A stretch of DNA of 64,000 nt from assembly GCF_016432865.1 (NCBI RefSeq), contig NC_067402.1, positions 113,398,001-113,462,000 on the forward strand. The letters run 5' to 3'. The notes below the pieces were generated by a model that saw only the letters and a program-made list of their open reading frames with translations, searched no databases and was not told the DNA's origin. Each line of letters starts with the position of its first letter. The first letter of the stretch is position 1. Positions 49,269-62,049 of the stretch are shown in pieces. The DNA comes from Antechinus flavipes (taxonomy: Eukaryota). The position numbers and the translations under genes are program-made.

Positions 49269-49702
49269 NNNNNNNNNNNNNNNNNNNNNNNNNNNNNNNN
49301 NNNNNNNNNNNNNNNNNNNNNNNNNNNNNNNNNNNNNNNNNNNNNNNNNNNNNNNNNNNNNNNNNNNNNNNNNNNNNNNNNNNNNNNNNNNNNNNNNNNN
49401 NNNNNNNNNNNNNNNNNNNNNNNNNNNAAACACAATTCCTAGAAATAACAGGAAGAAAAGCATTGCATAATTTATAAAAAGAATGATTCATTCACAAAGA
49501 GCAAATTTTTCTGTCTTAAGAGCTTTTCCTGAAAAAAAAAAAAGCCATTNNNNNNNNNNNNNNNNNNNNNNNNNNNNNNNNNNNNNNNNNNNNNNNNNNN
49601 NNNNNNNNNNNNNNNNNNNNNNNNNNNNNNNNNNNNNNNNNNNNNNNNNNNNNNNNNNNNNNNNNNNNNNNNNNNNNNNNNNNNNNNNNNNNNNNNNNNN
49701 NN
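49269..49702. other. Assembly gaps 49269-49427 and 49550-49702
   Basis: N runs. Confidence 1.
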
Positions 49703-52526
49703 CCTTCGCTAAAATGTATTGGGTATGGTACAAAATTTTTTGTTATCACTGAATCTCTCCCCTCTCTCACTAAAAATTTTTATTATTAATATTAATTTAT
49801 TTTTACCTTGCACAGATACACACCTAGAGTGCAGTCATTTTTTATAGTTTTGTACACAGCTTTTTCTTTAGGGGCTATGGTTAAGATCAGAATTTTTAAA
49901 AATGCTCTTACTAAGAACAACTCAAATGATTCAACTATTCCAAATCTCTTTTACTTACCCAAGTTTTCTTTTGCTTGTGCCTGGTTCAGCTGGTGGATTT
50001 AAAACAGATCAAACAATGTCTCCGTGGCTTGTAGTCTCTGATCTTCTGGTCCATTAAAAATACTTCACTGTAGACATTGTTGAGAAGATACTCAATTCCA
50101 TATAGAAATCTTATCGTCACAGGAATTTTTACTTCTGTCTAGATTGCTTAAATCCCTATAAAAATAACGTTTCATTTGAAAGTGTTGTGACAGCATTGTG
50201 TCTTTTGTAACAAAATTTTAAATGGAAATCATATCCCCAAAGAAATACCTTTAGAAATGAGTACTTGAAGATACTTCCTTCGCTTTTCCTCTTTAGAGTT
50301 ATGGGGTTTCCTTTTAGCAAGACAGGAGGTAAATATCATCTTGTTCCACACCGCTTAGTGCCGATTACCTGACTAGAATTACCTTAAAATCTGTTCTTGG
50401 AACTAAGTCTAGGAAGATGTTTCCTTCACTTTCCCCTGTTAGAGTTGGAGGTTTTCTTTTGAGTAGAAAGGGAGGAGAGTATCACCCGGTTTCACAACAT
50501 TGTGAACTAATCATTTGACTCAGATTATTTGAAATGCCATGTCTTTTTGTTACTATCTCGACCATAAACCTTGTTCTGTTGCTTCCTTTGATTTCAACCT
50601 TCCACTGTGAGTCTTAATTTCCCTTTCCTAATAGCCAACTCAAATTGAACACTCCAAGCACAGAAAACACTTTGTCATCTGAATACTTTCAACTGTACCT
50701 GGGAAAAATAAAGACTTTGTGCCTATTGGTTATGTATAAAGCCTAGCCTTGATTTCTCATGGATAGATGACACTGGTTGGATACTGCATGAAACACCCCA
50801 GACAATCAATCCCCTGTGCTGCCAGTAACTTGAGAGTAGCAGACTTAGAATGTGAACTTACTGGAAAATCAAAACTTGATATGTTATCTAAAAGTGGGAT
50901 TATCTGTCTTCAACACAGACTTTGAGAGAAGCCACATTAGTAGCAGGTCCATTTTTAAAGCTGTGTACGCTCTTGGAAGGACGGACTGTTGGGACTTTCC
51001 AAGTTATAATTGTTTTTTAATTTTAAATTTGCTGTAAATATTTAAGCTTGATCTTATAGCTGAGTAATAATGTCAGAAAGTCCAAATGGCGGGTGTCCTT
51101 CTAAACCAGAACCAGGTATGTGATCAGGATGCAATAAGTGGCTTTTTAAAAAATTCTCTCTTTTTCTGAGGCTTATGCCAAACATTGAGGAATGGATCAC
51201 AGAATCTGTTTTCTTGTTGACAGCAGTCACTATTTTACTTAAAGGCAATTTCAGGATTTTGTCCTTTGGATTTAGGATGTGAAGGAGAGTAGAGGAAGCA
51301 TTTCAAAACTATTTATCATTCCAGAAGAGCATCACTACTGCCACAGTGCAACCTAATTTAAAGCTCTGATGACTTTGACTTTCTCTGTATATTGATTTCA
51401 ATACTAAGACTTACCTCAGTGATTTTCAGAGTCTGTGGGGATGGATTAGTAGAATGCTGTGTGTTTGTTAAATTGGATTTTTTTTTAAAGGCCCAGACTT
51501 TTGGATCTATGTTCTAGCAAGAAATCAGAGTTTTTTTTAAGTCAGGTTGCTGCATCAAAAAGAGGCTACATTTTAATTTTTTAGTCTATTGGGAAACATA
51601 AGTTGAAGAAGCAATTGCTTCGTTAGGGTGTTTGAGTGCCAGGGAATTCTAGTTTCTAATAAGAAATAACCTTGAGATTTTAGCAGAAATCTGAATAATA
51701 ATAATAATGTTAGTTTTTGGCTGTTGGCCTTATAACTTTCTATCCAAGGTAAGTATTCTGTTTTGCATATTGTTAGACCTAAGCTAACTTCCAACAAAAT
51801 AGTAGTACCATCTGTACTAGGTTTTTAAGCCTCTCCCAGGGAAGCATTAGTAATTCCAGTATATAATCTAAATAGGTTTAATCCTCTTTTACCACTAGAT
51901 ACCTTGAACTGATACTCCACTTGTGAGCCAGTCAAAAATAGCAATTGACTTTGAGTAATTCTCCAATCTTGTCTAAGGAGTCATTGCGGCCAGTAAAAAT
52001 TCAAGAATGGGGAAGAATTTAACATTAACTTGCAGGGATGGCCATGATCATCAAAGAAGACCCAGAGGAGTTTGCTCTGAGTCCTGCCAACCTAAATTTA
52101 AGTGAAGCATGCTAGATTTCCTGTGATGAAGTTTGAGATCTTGAAATTCTGCTATTAAAGATGCAGTTGATTTGGTTTGATGAAACTACAAACACATTAG
52201 CCTTTGAGTTATGACTTGCTGAGCTCAAATTGTCAAGAGACCTCTGAATTTGTATTGGTGCCTCATTTCTGTTTCTTAAGTGGAATTAGAGAGAAGAGAA
52301 ATCAATACTAGCACAACATCAATTGCTGCTTTATAAATAATGCCTGCTTATCAGTAATATTCTGTCTTATGGGTAGAGTTTGCATTCTTAAGAGCTTGGC
52401 TATTTAATTTAAATTATCCCTTCAAGAAGCTCTTCTTTGTTTAATAAAGATTGAGTTAGCCAAAATTGACTTAGCCAGGCAAAATAACACTGAAAAAATA
52501 ACACTTGTTCATTCTTGTTTTTCTAG

Positions 52527-52588
52527 ATTATAGATACAAAAAAGACGAGCTTTTCAAAAGGCTGAAAGTTACAACTTTTGCCCAGTTG
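52527..52588 (+). CDS. CEP41: CEP41 exon 4
   Basis: ttctag|AT..TTG|gtgag; (N)YRYKKDELFKRLKVTTFAQL; 62 nt. Confidence 0.96.
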
Positions 52589-54233
52589 GTGAGTTTAGTT
52601 GTCTCTTGTTGGATTTTAAAACCACTTACTTGTGTACAATGTCATGAAATGAACTTTCACATTTGGAATCTAATGCTTGATAGCTGCTTTCTTCCACTGA
52701 TTCTTTATTCCATTGCTAGGATTGCATTATTTTTTCATAATGTGTGTAATTTTATCTTTCTGTTTGGTATCTTGTAAGGTCATGCTTTTTTTACCTGGAA
52801 AGTGGCCTTATTCCAGAATTTGAGTTTTTCATTTTTCTTGTACATTAGAGTTAATACTTAAAATCCAGGTCTCCAAATCAGCCAGACTTAAAACAGTGGT
52901 ATCAAACTCATAGGAACAGGGACCACTGATCTATACACATAGATCCTTGAGGGCTACATATTAAATTAGTTTCAAAAATGTGTTGTGTTATCTATGTTTA
53001 GTATATCTTCATTTATTTTGTCAAATAATTCCAAATTACATTCTAATTCAGTTTGGGTCATGCTGATTTGAGACATTTGTCTTGCTGAAGTAAAAGGGAC
53101 CAGATGATCTCTGAAGGCCCTTTTCTTTGTTGCCCTTGATTTTGTGATCATTTTCTTAATGCTACGTTAATAAGATTTGCCACATTGAATAAGTCACTCT
53201 TTATGCCCCAACGCTTCAGCCTGCAAAATGAGGATGAGTCAGTCTCCTGAATCAGAAAATAGGAATCATATATCCATTGTCCTAAGGCCCCCAAAATGTT
53301 GTGAGAATGAAAGCTAAATAAAAGAATAAGTAATTTTGTAATAATTATATTTACTAAGTGCAATCCTGTCATGCCATTGCAAATATTATGTTAGAGTCAA
53401 AATGCACAGGTTGACATAGTTTCAAAGTTGCTTATGTGCTGCTTCCACAGAATTCCTTCCCTTGGTGTCTCTCAAGTTTATTGTGGAATGTTTGAGTTAC
53501 ACCAATAGGTCATTCATGAAGGTACCAGGCATTGTGCTGAGTCCTAAAGATAAAAAGATAATGATAAAACAGTTCCTACCTTTAAGAAGCTTATACTAGA
53601 AAACAGCATGTAATAAATATATGAGTATGTAAAAATATAGGTAAATACAAGGAAATCAGGAAAGATGAGTAGGAGGTGATGCTTGAACTAAGTCTTGAAA
53701 TAGGGTCAAGATTTAGCTTAAGAGGTAAAGTGGGGAAGAAAGTGCATTCATGCATGGGGTATGGATGGTGGAGAAACCTGGGGAAAGGTTTGGAGCTAGG
53801 GAAAGTTAGGTGAGAAAAATCTAACTTACCTAGATCATAAAATATGTAAAGGGAAGTGATATGTGTGTATATCAAATCTAGAAAAAGCAGTTTGGAGCAA
53901 AGTTGCAAAGTGCTTTAAATTCAAAACTGAAAAGTTTGTATTTGAATTTTTAGGCAATAAGAAACCATGAGAGCTTATTGATCAGGATAATGGCATGGTC
54001 AGACCTATGCCTTTAGGGTTCATTCCAGTATAACCATTTGACTATAATAACCATCCAGAACCATCTCAAACAACAAACACTGAGTTAGGGACTTAGGGTT
54101 TGGTGTCAGCAGAGGATATTGAGAAATTTTTTTTTTTTTAACAAGGATACTTTAATGTCAAGAGTCTTTTTCCATCTCCTCCAAAAACTAAATACAGATG
54201 GACTTAAAAGTTTCATTCTTCTTTTTTTACTAG

Positions 54234-54303
54234 GTCATCCAAGTTGCTTCCTTGTCTGATCAAACATTAGAAGTGACAGCAGAAGAGATTCAAAGGCTAG
54301 AAG
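54234..54303 (+). CDS. CEP41: CEP41 exon 5
   Basis: tactag|GTC..GAAG|gtaaa; VIQVASLSDQTLEVTAEEIQRLE; 70 nt. Confidence 0.96.
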
Positions 54304-54596
54304 GTAAAAACAAACAAACAAACAATGGTGTACTGGCTTATTAGGGCAACATTTGACTGAAAAGCACCTATCCAGTGACCCCTGTTGTAATGATACTGTT
54401 AGGGATTCTGAGCCAGGACATGCTTGTTTATAACGGGAGCTCCTCTTGCCCTTAAAAAAAAAAGTGCCGAATGGTTACTTAACAGTTCTTTTTAAATGCC
54501 TTTTAAAAATCTCTGTAATTTTGTACTTTTTTGAGATTTTAATCGTAGAATATTTATATGTTATTTTGCTGTTTTTTCCTATTTAAGAAGATAGAC

Positions 54597-54798
54597 ATTT
54601 TTACCTTTGAATATTTAGATGTATTCTAGATTTTTCTCTTCAGTTAAGAACTAGATGTATTCTAGATGCTTTCTCTCCAACTAAGAATACACATTTTTTT
54701 TGCCTTAGAATATTTAGATATAGTCTAGGATATCTTTTCTCTAATTTTTACCTTAGAATATTAAGATGTATTATAGATCTTTTCTCTCCAATTAAGAA
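54597..54798. repeat. AT-rich minisatellite, about 55-bp unit x4, with a fifth copy at 55217-55268
   Basis: Consensus atttttaccttagaatatttagatgtattctagatttttctctccaattaagaa. Confidence 0.85.
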
Positions 54799-55851
54799 TA
54801 TAAAATTTTAACACAAAAAATCTTGTACAAAACAAGATACTGAGCTATTGAATTGATAAAAAGATATAACTAAGAAGTGGGTAAAAGGTAATTGCATGCA
54901 CTGAGTGCACATACTTAATGAGTTATTTTTATTAACTCCCTCTTTCCAAAGAAGGGGTTTCTGCCATTTTTGGATATGACAAAGGGAGGGGAAACATGTC
55001 AAGGAGGAACATAAAATGGGCACATCAGAAAGTGTGTTAACTTGGTCATCCCCAGCCAATGAGACTACCTGGGGGAGGTGGAAAAGGGGGGCGTCCTGGT
55101 GTTTCAGGATACGAAATAAAAGGCTCATTCTTATATCTATAAGGGAAGATCCCATGGCTTTCAGACTTCTTGCAAGAACCTTAAATAAACAAACTTACTT
55201 CTTTAAAAAAAAATAGATTTTTACCTTAGACTATTTAGATATATTCTAGAAGTTTTCTCTCAATGAAGAGTAAAGAATAACATTCATCATTTATATCCTT
55301 ATAAAAATGACCTCAGAGAATTAAAAGCTCTGCTTTGTGTCCTAGAGCAGTTTCAAACTACAGCTTTTTTGTTGGTTGAGAGTGTTTAGTTGTTAAATGA
55401 CTGTTTTGACTATAGATTATAAAACAAGTTTCCCAGGGAGCTAATAGAGAGCACCAGATTTGTGCAACTGTAATTTCCCTGGGAAAAACTAATGAGAAGA
55501 CTCTGAAGAAGGAAGGGTCTCCCTTAATCCAAAGGAATAAGAACTGCTCTCTAATTGAAGTCGATGCTAAGGGAGTTTCCTCATGTGGGTAACTGCTAAT
55601 TTTGCCTCTGATTATATCAGCAAGCCCAACTTTGGTTCTAAATTCATTGTTAAATTATAGTATAAGAGCATGTAGGCGCCTCTTTTCCTTTTAGGAAATA
55701 AAGGTATTTTGTGAAAAACTTTTTCAGAGAAGTTAGGAAGCAGGATACCATGATATATGAGTAGTGTTTGGTGTTTCAGAAATACTAATTCTGGGACGTG
55801 CCCTGCAGGTCGCACCCGGCTGTGCTGACTCACCTTCATTCTTCTCCATAG

Positions 55852-55990
55852 ATCATAATTCTGCCCATGCCATTCCCAATGCTGAAGACAAGACCAATGG
55901 GAAAGGCAGTCCCACTGAGAAGCCACCCACCCCCATCGAGTTGGTCGGCAATGCCGGGGCTGGGGAATCAAACCGTTCAACGCTGCAGAG
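55852..55990 (+). CDS. CEP41: CEP41 exon 6
   Basis: ccatag|AT..AGAG|gtacc; (D)HNSAHAIPNAEDKTNGKGSPTEKPPTPIELVGNAGAGESNRSTLQ; 139 nt. Confidence 0.93.
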
Positions 55991-58816
55991 GTACCCGCCC
56001 CCACTGCTTTGCTGCCTTTGGCCAAAGCTTTCAGCCCCTGCGGCTCCTGGGCCCCAGCAGACCCCCATCAGAACAAGGAGTCGGGGGCAACCAACGGCTC
56101 TTGGCCCATAAACTCCTCAGATCTGGTGTCTTGTGTGCCATATTCACTTCACATAGAGGAAGGCTCAGATCCAAGACTTGTGTGTGCCTTTCATGCTAGC
56201 GGCTTCTTGGCTTGAGGCTTGCTAGGGAGAGCTGTGGAGGGCTCTGAAGTCAGGGAAGACCTGAGTCCCACCTCTGCCTCAGGACCACCTCCATGAGTCT
56301 GAGCAAGTCACTTTCCCCTGTCAGCCTGAGTTTTCTCAGTTACAAAATGGATAGAGTAGAAACAGCATTTGTTTCACAAGCTCAAATGAGATGATATTTT
56401 TAAAGCACTTTGTACAGTACCTGGCACAGTAGGTGCTTAATACATATGTTTTCTCCTTCCTTTCCTTCTTCCTGTTTGATGTTGGTTACAAACACCCCTA
56501 TCAGTGGAACGGTGCAAATTCTCCTATTTTTAGATAAACGACAAGAATGCAGATTCCTACGACTGCATTTGTTGTATCATCTTATGATCTTGTTAATATA
56601 AGTCCCCATTTTCATCTGAGATGCTCTGGTATAGTAGGAAGGAACCCTGGACTGAGGGCCCAAGGACCTCAGGTCTAATCCTGGCACCATTACTTCCTAG
56701 CTGTGTGACTTTGAACTTTTCTAAATTTGAAATTTTTTCATCTGAACAGTTTGTGTCTGAACTTCCTGCCCTGTCTGCCAGTCTGCCATGGTCATTGCAA
56801 AAAATCACATAATATAATGTGTGAAAAGACCATGAAGACTGAGCAGGTGTTATTGTTCCTGGTGTTGCTGCTGCCTCCATGACAAATAATAATATTATCT
56901 TGAAGAAACCATTTGCCCTCAATTTTCTAGTGACAATATGAATTTTTGTTCTCTTCTGGCTCAATAAAAGATGTACCATATATTTTATTTGAAGGCATAA
57001 TTTAGATTCAGTTCACTGAATTTTAGTAGGAATTTTGGTTCAATAGAACACGAAGGGAAATAGAGATGACAGTGACATTTTTATGATTTGGTACATTGAT
57101 CTTATTAGTTTGCATAAGATCATAGAAAAATAGATTTAGAATTTGAAAAGGGCTTCCACTGTAAACCAAAGCTCTTTACGGATGAAAAAACTGAGGCACA
57201 TAGAGGTGAATAACTTCCCCAGTTAATTGCTGAACAGCTAGTTAGTGTCTGGGTCAAGATTAGAATCTAGTTCTTCCTAATTCTGAGTCCAGCTCTCTAA
57301 CCACAATAACTCTCTGTTTTCATCAAGGAAATTAAAATCCTTCTCTTTTGTTCCAAAAGTAGTGGATCAGGAATTAGCCCTTGGTTGGAGCATCTAGTCA
57401 TTAGAAGCCAACAGTGAATGTAGTGCTGCTATGAGCATTGATCCATGCTATCTGCAGGATAGCAAGACCAATTCAGGGACATTTTCTTCCCATGACATAT
57501 AGTGACTTTGTGACTTAGACCTAATGGAGACATCTTGAATTCTCATCTCAGTTCTTCTGGGATTCATAAGGACCTTTCATTCTAGGGTTTCAGTATAAAA
57601 TGTGATATTTGTAAAACTTTGTAATTCTTAACACACTTTGTGAATGCTAGCTATTATTTCTTTACTCATATGGTGAAAAAGAAGTAGGAGGAAAGAAAAC
57701 AAGTGTTTATTAAGCATATACTGTGTGCTAGGACCTGTGCTAAGAGCTTTTTGCAAATATTACCTCATTTGATCCTCATAACTACTTCCAAGGTAAGTTC
57801 AGTTTTATGATCCTTATTTTATATTTGAGGAAATTTGAAGCAGACAGAGGTTAAGTGACTTGCCCAGCATCACACAGCTAATGGCCAAGCCAAAATTGGC
57901 ACTTGATCTCTCTGACTTAGGTCTTGTGTTCCACCCACTGAGCCATCTTACTGCCTCTTAAAAAAAGACCAATATCGAATACATAAGTAAGATTTGGCTA
58001 GACCCCCATATAAATATATAGGTACCACCACTTAAAAGTTTAAGTAAGCTGTGGTTGTTGTTTTTAATATTCACAGTACTTTAAAATGGTGGTTTCCTGT
58101 GGTTTGTGAAGGTAAGTATTCCTAACATTCCTGCAGATTTTAATCCCTTGTGCCTTTTTAAATGAGATTTCAGCAGTTGTTCTGGTGACCAACTTTTCAT
58201 GATATGAAAGATTGAGGCTGCTCTTCCCATAAGAATGATAAGCATGGAGCACACTCTTCATTACATTCAGCCCCTTTCCAGCTTGGCAGGAACCACTAGA
58301 ACTCTTGGACTCCCCTGGCTAAGCCTTCCAGAACTGATGGTCACCTTTATACCCTGCGAGGCTTCATGGCAATACCTTAGTAGAAGATGATGTTAAACAA
58401 TTTAAAAACTCTTCTATATTTTTATTTTTTTTTAAATCTTTTCCTTCCCTTCCAACTTCCCTCATTCATTCCCTGTTTGCTCCTTTTTCCTGACCCTCTT
58501 CAGAGTTCCATTGGAGTAACTGTTCCCCTTTCTTTCTCTGAATGCTGCCCTTGTTGCTGGCGGTAGCATGTGCCCTTCAGGGTCTGTTCCCTCCCATGCT
58601 GGTCGCAGACCATACATTCTTTGAAGGTAAGTGTTGCCCCACATAGATGCCCATTCTTTGTGGTGGTGAGAGAATGGGAATCCAGATCTGCTGCTGCCGT
58701 GTCCTTTTTCCTCACCTGAGGCATTTAGCATTTGGGTCTCTCTCTGCTAAAGGATGCCTTTGAGACTTTAGCTGACAACTCCCTGATAGTCACTGGCCTG
58801 TTTTTTCTCTTCTCAG

Positions 58817-58968
58817 CGTCATCAGTGGTGTTGGAGAACTGGACCTAGACAAAGAGTCACTGAAGAAAATAGAGCCCAGCTCTAAAGATAAACCTTATCC
58901 CGATTGTCCCTTCCTGCTGCTAGATGTCCGAGATAGAGATTCTTACAATCAGTGCCATATTGTTGGAG
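58817..58968 (+). CDS. CEP41: CEP41 exon 7 (start of rhodanese domain)
   Basis: tctcag|C GTC..GGAG|gtagg; [50 protein letters not shown]; 152 nt. Confidence 0.96.
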
Positions 58969-59370
58969 GTAGGAAAGAGAGTCTCACAGTGACTTGGTCC
59001 AAGGGACGAATCTGCTTGTTAATGTTAGTCAGTTGTTAAGCCTTGAAATGTCCCTAACATCTAAGAAAATCACATTGTGGGAAATTGCACATAAGGAAAT
59101 TTATGATTCATTTTTCCATGTAGTCCAAAAAGGAGCTCATGGGCAGAGGCCACCTTTTATTTTTTTAAGATTAAGGCACAGTTGGGGAAGTTTCAAAATT
59201 TGCTTATCATATCCCTTTTCCTAAAGCGTTTTGAGTCTATTACTTAGCAATTTTGTGTAACATTTTTCTGTTTCTCATTTTAATTTTAAATTGACTAGTA
59301 AGACAACTGGATCCAATCTATGGTCATTATAAATACTAACTTCCTAAACCTTTTCTCCTTTTTATTACAG

Positions 59371-59438
59371 CTTACAGTTATCCAATTGCCACCTTGTCTA
59401 GAACCATGAACCCTTATTCAAATGATATTCTTGAGTAT
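59371..59438 (+). CDS. CEP41: CEP41 exon 8
   Basis: ttacag|CT..TAT|gtatcctt; (A)YSYPIATLSRTMNPYSNDILEY; 68 nt. Confidence 0.96.
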
Positions 59439-60441
59439 GTATCCTTCAACGCCTCTTTAAAGATTCAGGTGGTGCATCAAGTATTATAAGAAATAATTGT
59501 TAACATCCAGCACTTGCTATCGGTGGGGTTGCTAAGAATTTCAGGGCTTATCTTCTGCTTTTGACATTACTGGATTTTCACAAGATACTTTCAGATTTTA
59601 CTGTACCAAACAGTATTATTTTTTCCCCTTTTTAGATTGTATTCAGGGCAAAATCAGGTGGAATTATCTGCTTTATTGGCAGCCAACCCAAAATGCTTTT
59701 CTCAACAATTTCCCTCAATAAGGCAGAAACAAATGTTTTGAAGGATGAAACCAACTGCTGTGTTGACAGAGACTAACCTTTACAACCTGTTCTTTTCTTC
59801 AAAAATATTTTTTTTCTACTCCATAGATACTACCTTATTAAAATGTCATCTTGTTATGAGGAAGGATTGTTTTATTCTTCATGCTTACATTGCCAAGGCA
59901 CAGCATAGTACCTAGCACTTAGCAGATGTTCAATAATAATTGTTGATTGATAAGTTGAAAAGAAGAATTATGAACTGAGATAAGGGCTGCCCAGAGCCAG
60001 AAGTAAGTCCCAGACATTAAGTGAAGATTGAACTGGATGCTAAGGTGGTAAACTTAATTCATTTGACAAATAGCTAAGCAGTATTTCAGGAAAGGGTTGA
60101 GTTCTTAGTTCCTGGGCCAGCAGTTGCTCAGGATGCATCCTGCCCAGTAGACTGTGAATGACAGAAATAGAGCATCAACCTGAATGATTGCCAGGACTCA
60201 GTAAATCAAATAACTGTAGTAAATGTGTCTTCAAAGGAAACAGGTTTTTCTGACTAGGTCCTTGAATAGGTTTTCTAGATAAATTTTTATCTATCTTGTT
60301 TACAATGTCCAGATATTAAACATTCCTTCAGTTAGTGAGTCATCCTCTCTGGTTTGGGGGGAGTGCGCTTAGTTAATATCCACTTAAAATGAAAGAGTAC
60401 TTATTAAAGTCTGTAAGAATCTTAACTAACCTGACTCTTAG
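59439..60441 (+). other. CEP41: U12-type (minor spliceosome) GT-AG intron of CEP41
   Basis: 5' site GTATCCTTC; branch-like AATCTTAAC at about 60418-60426 close to the AG; no long polypyrimidine tract. Confidence 0.85.
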
Positions 60442-60556
60442 AAAAATGCTCATGGCAAGATTATCATCCTCTACGACGATGATGAGAGGCTGGCCAGCCA
60501 AGCAGCTACCACCATGTGCGAACGAGGATTTGAGAACCTTTTCATGCTCTCTGGAG
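60442..60556 (+). CDS. CEP41: CEP41 exon 9
   Basis: tcttag|AAA..GGAG|gtgaa; [38 protein letters not shown]; 115 nt. Confidence 0.96.
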
Positions 60557-60570
60557 GTGAATAGAATGCT

Positions 60571-60700
60571 ATTTTATTTTTTGTTTTTTCAATATCCTGC
60601 AATTTTGCTAAAGTTGTTCTTTGTTTCTAGTAGTTTTTAAGTTGATTTTCTCGGATTGTCTATACATGTACCATCATATCATCTACAAAGAGTAATAGCT
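60571..60700 (-). mobile_element. Old L1 ORF2 fragment
   Basis: cctgcaattttgctaaagttg..accatcatatcatctacaaagagt, typical antisense L1 sequence; recalled consensus. Confidence 0.6.
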
Positions 60701-61067
60701 TTGTTTCCTTGTTGTGTTTTGTTCTTATTGGGCCTGAAAACACTATCTCTATGCACCAACGTGAAAGCCTTTATATTTCCTTTTCCTCTAGCCCTGAGAA
60801 TTACATTTTCTTACAAGTCTTATTGCTTTGGCTTTAAAACCCAATAAACAAAAAAAGTGGGGCCTTGGGAAGGGGAGATTAGAATTCCTCAGACTGCCAA
60901 AAAGAACTTACATTGCCTAGTGGTATTTGATTTGATACTAAAACAGTTGAGAAAGACAACAGATTTTAATACCTTAGCCTCCACTCTGTAATGCACATAA
61001 AGGATCTTCTAGGGATTGACATGATGCCCTATGATATCAATTGCTTTTTTAAATGATCTATACTCAG

Positions 61068-61283
61068 GTCTAAAAGTCTTAGCTCAGAAATTCCCCGAGG
61101 GACTGATTACTGGGTCATTGCCGCTGAACTGCCAGCAAACACCAAATCCTGGGTCTGTCCGAAAGCGATCCAGCATCAAAATGCAGACTCTGTGTGCTGA
61201 GAATAAGTGGAGATTTACCCCAGAAGATTTAAAAAAAATAGAATATTATCTGGAAGAAGAACAAGTTCCTCTGGAAACCCCTG
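61068..61283 (+). CDS. CEP41: CEP41 exon 10
   Basis: actcag|GT..CCTG|gtaag; (G)LKVLAQKFPEGLITGSLPLNCQQTPNPGSVRKRSSIKMQTLCAENKWRFTPEDLKKIEYYLEEEQVPLETP; 216 nt. Confidence 0.96.
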
Positions 61284-61864
61284 GTAAGAAATACATGTGC
61301 CTATGATCCCACATACACATATAGCCAGGCTAGCAATGATTTTAAGAAAAATCCAAATCTTAGTCATTCCCTTAATTTTCAACTTGGTCTTCAGATGGTT
61401 ATTTTCTAGAGTTACTGGGGTTCTTTTCATTTTGCTCTGTGCGGAATCTCAGGATTGAAAATGACTTCATCATGAAAAAGCCTGGTTTCTGACAGAGCAT
61501 GTAGCTTCTTGTGGTATTTGGGTGAGAAGGGGCTCAGGAAAGTGCCATACCCCCTGTCTGTCTGCCCAGAGACTCAGGTGCCTCTGGAAGCAGAGCAGGG
61601 ACCTCCTAAGTCCTAGCACCTGCTGGGAGGGGCCCTGGAGTGGCCTCCAGGCAGGCCTGACTTGGATGGCCTCTTGATGTCTCCCTGTGGGGAAGGGCTT
61701 TGCTTTCATTTCAGTCCCTCCCTGGAACCTTTTGCACAAATCCCCTGCCTTGCCCTCTCTCAGTCACGGAGCTCCAATCCATGGGTGGGCCCTCACTAGC
61801 CTCACTAGTCTAAGACCATGATACACAGGAGTGGGCTTTCAACTGGTGCTCTCCTTCTTTCCAG

Positions 61865-62049
61865 GCCGACTGAGCCGGGGCAACTCCTCCGTCCGGGATC
61901 TCAAAGTCCCAGGTGGCAGTTCCTCTGGAAGGGACGTCAAGGCCACAGCTGTCCGCAGCAGTCAGAGCCTGCCTACCGGCAACTCTGCCAGCAGCCTGAA
62001 CCCTCGCTCGTTTAGCAGCGGCAACCTTCAGAGCAAACCCTGGAAGTAA
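61865..62049 (+). CDS. CEP41: CEP41 exon 11 (terminal coding exon, TAA)
   Basis: ttccag|GC..AAG TAA; (G)RLSRGNSSVRDLKVPGGSSSGRDVKATAVRSSQSLPTGNSASSLNPRSFSSGNLQSKPWK*; total CDS 1152 nt = 383 aa; AATAAA at 62061-62066. Confidence 0.95.

Noticed and set aside
51060-51115. 56-nt segment with donor CAG|GTATGT in CEP41 intron 3
   Set aside because: Weak acceptor, frame-shifting with an immediate stop; within chance expectation for a 5-kb intron
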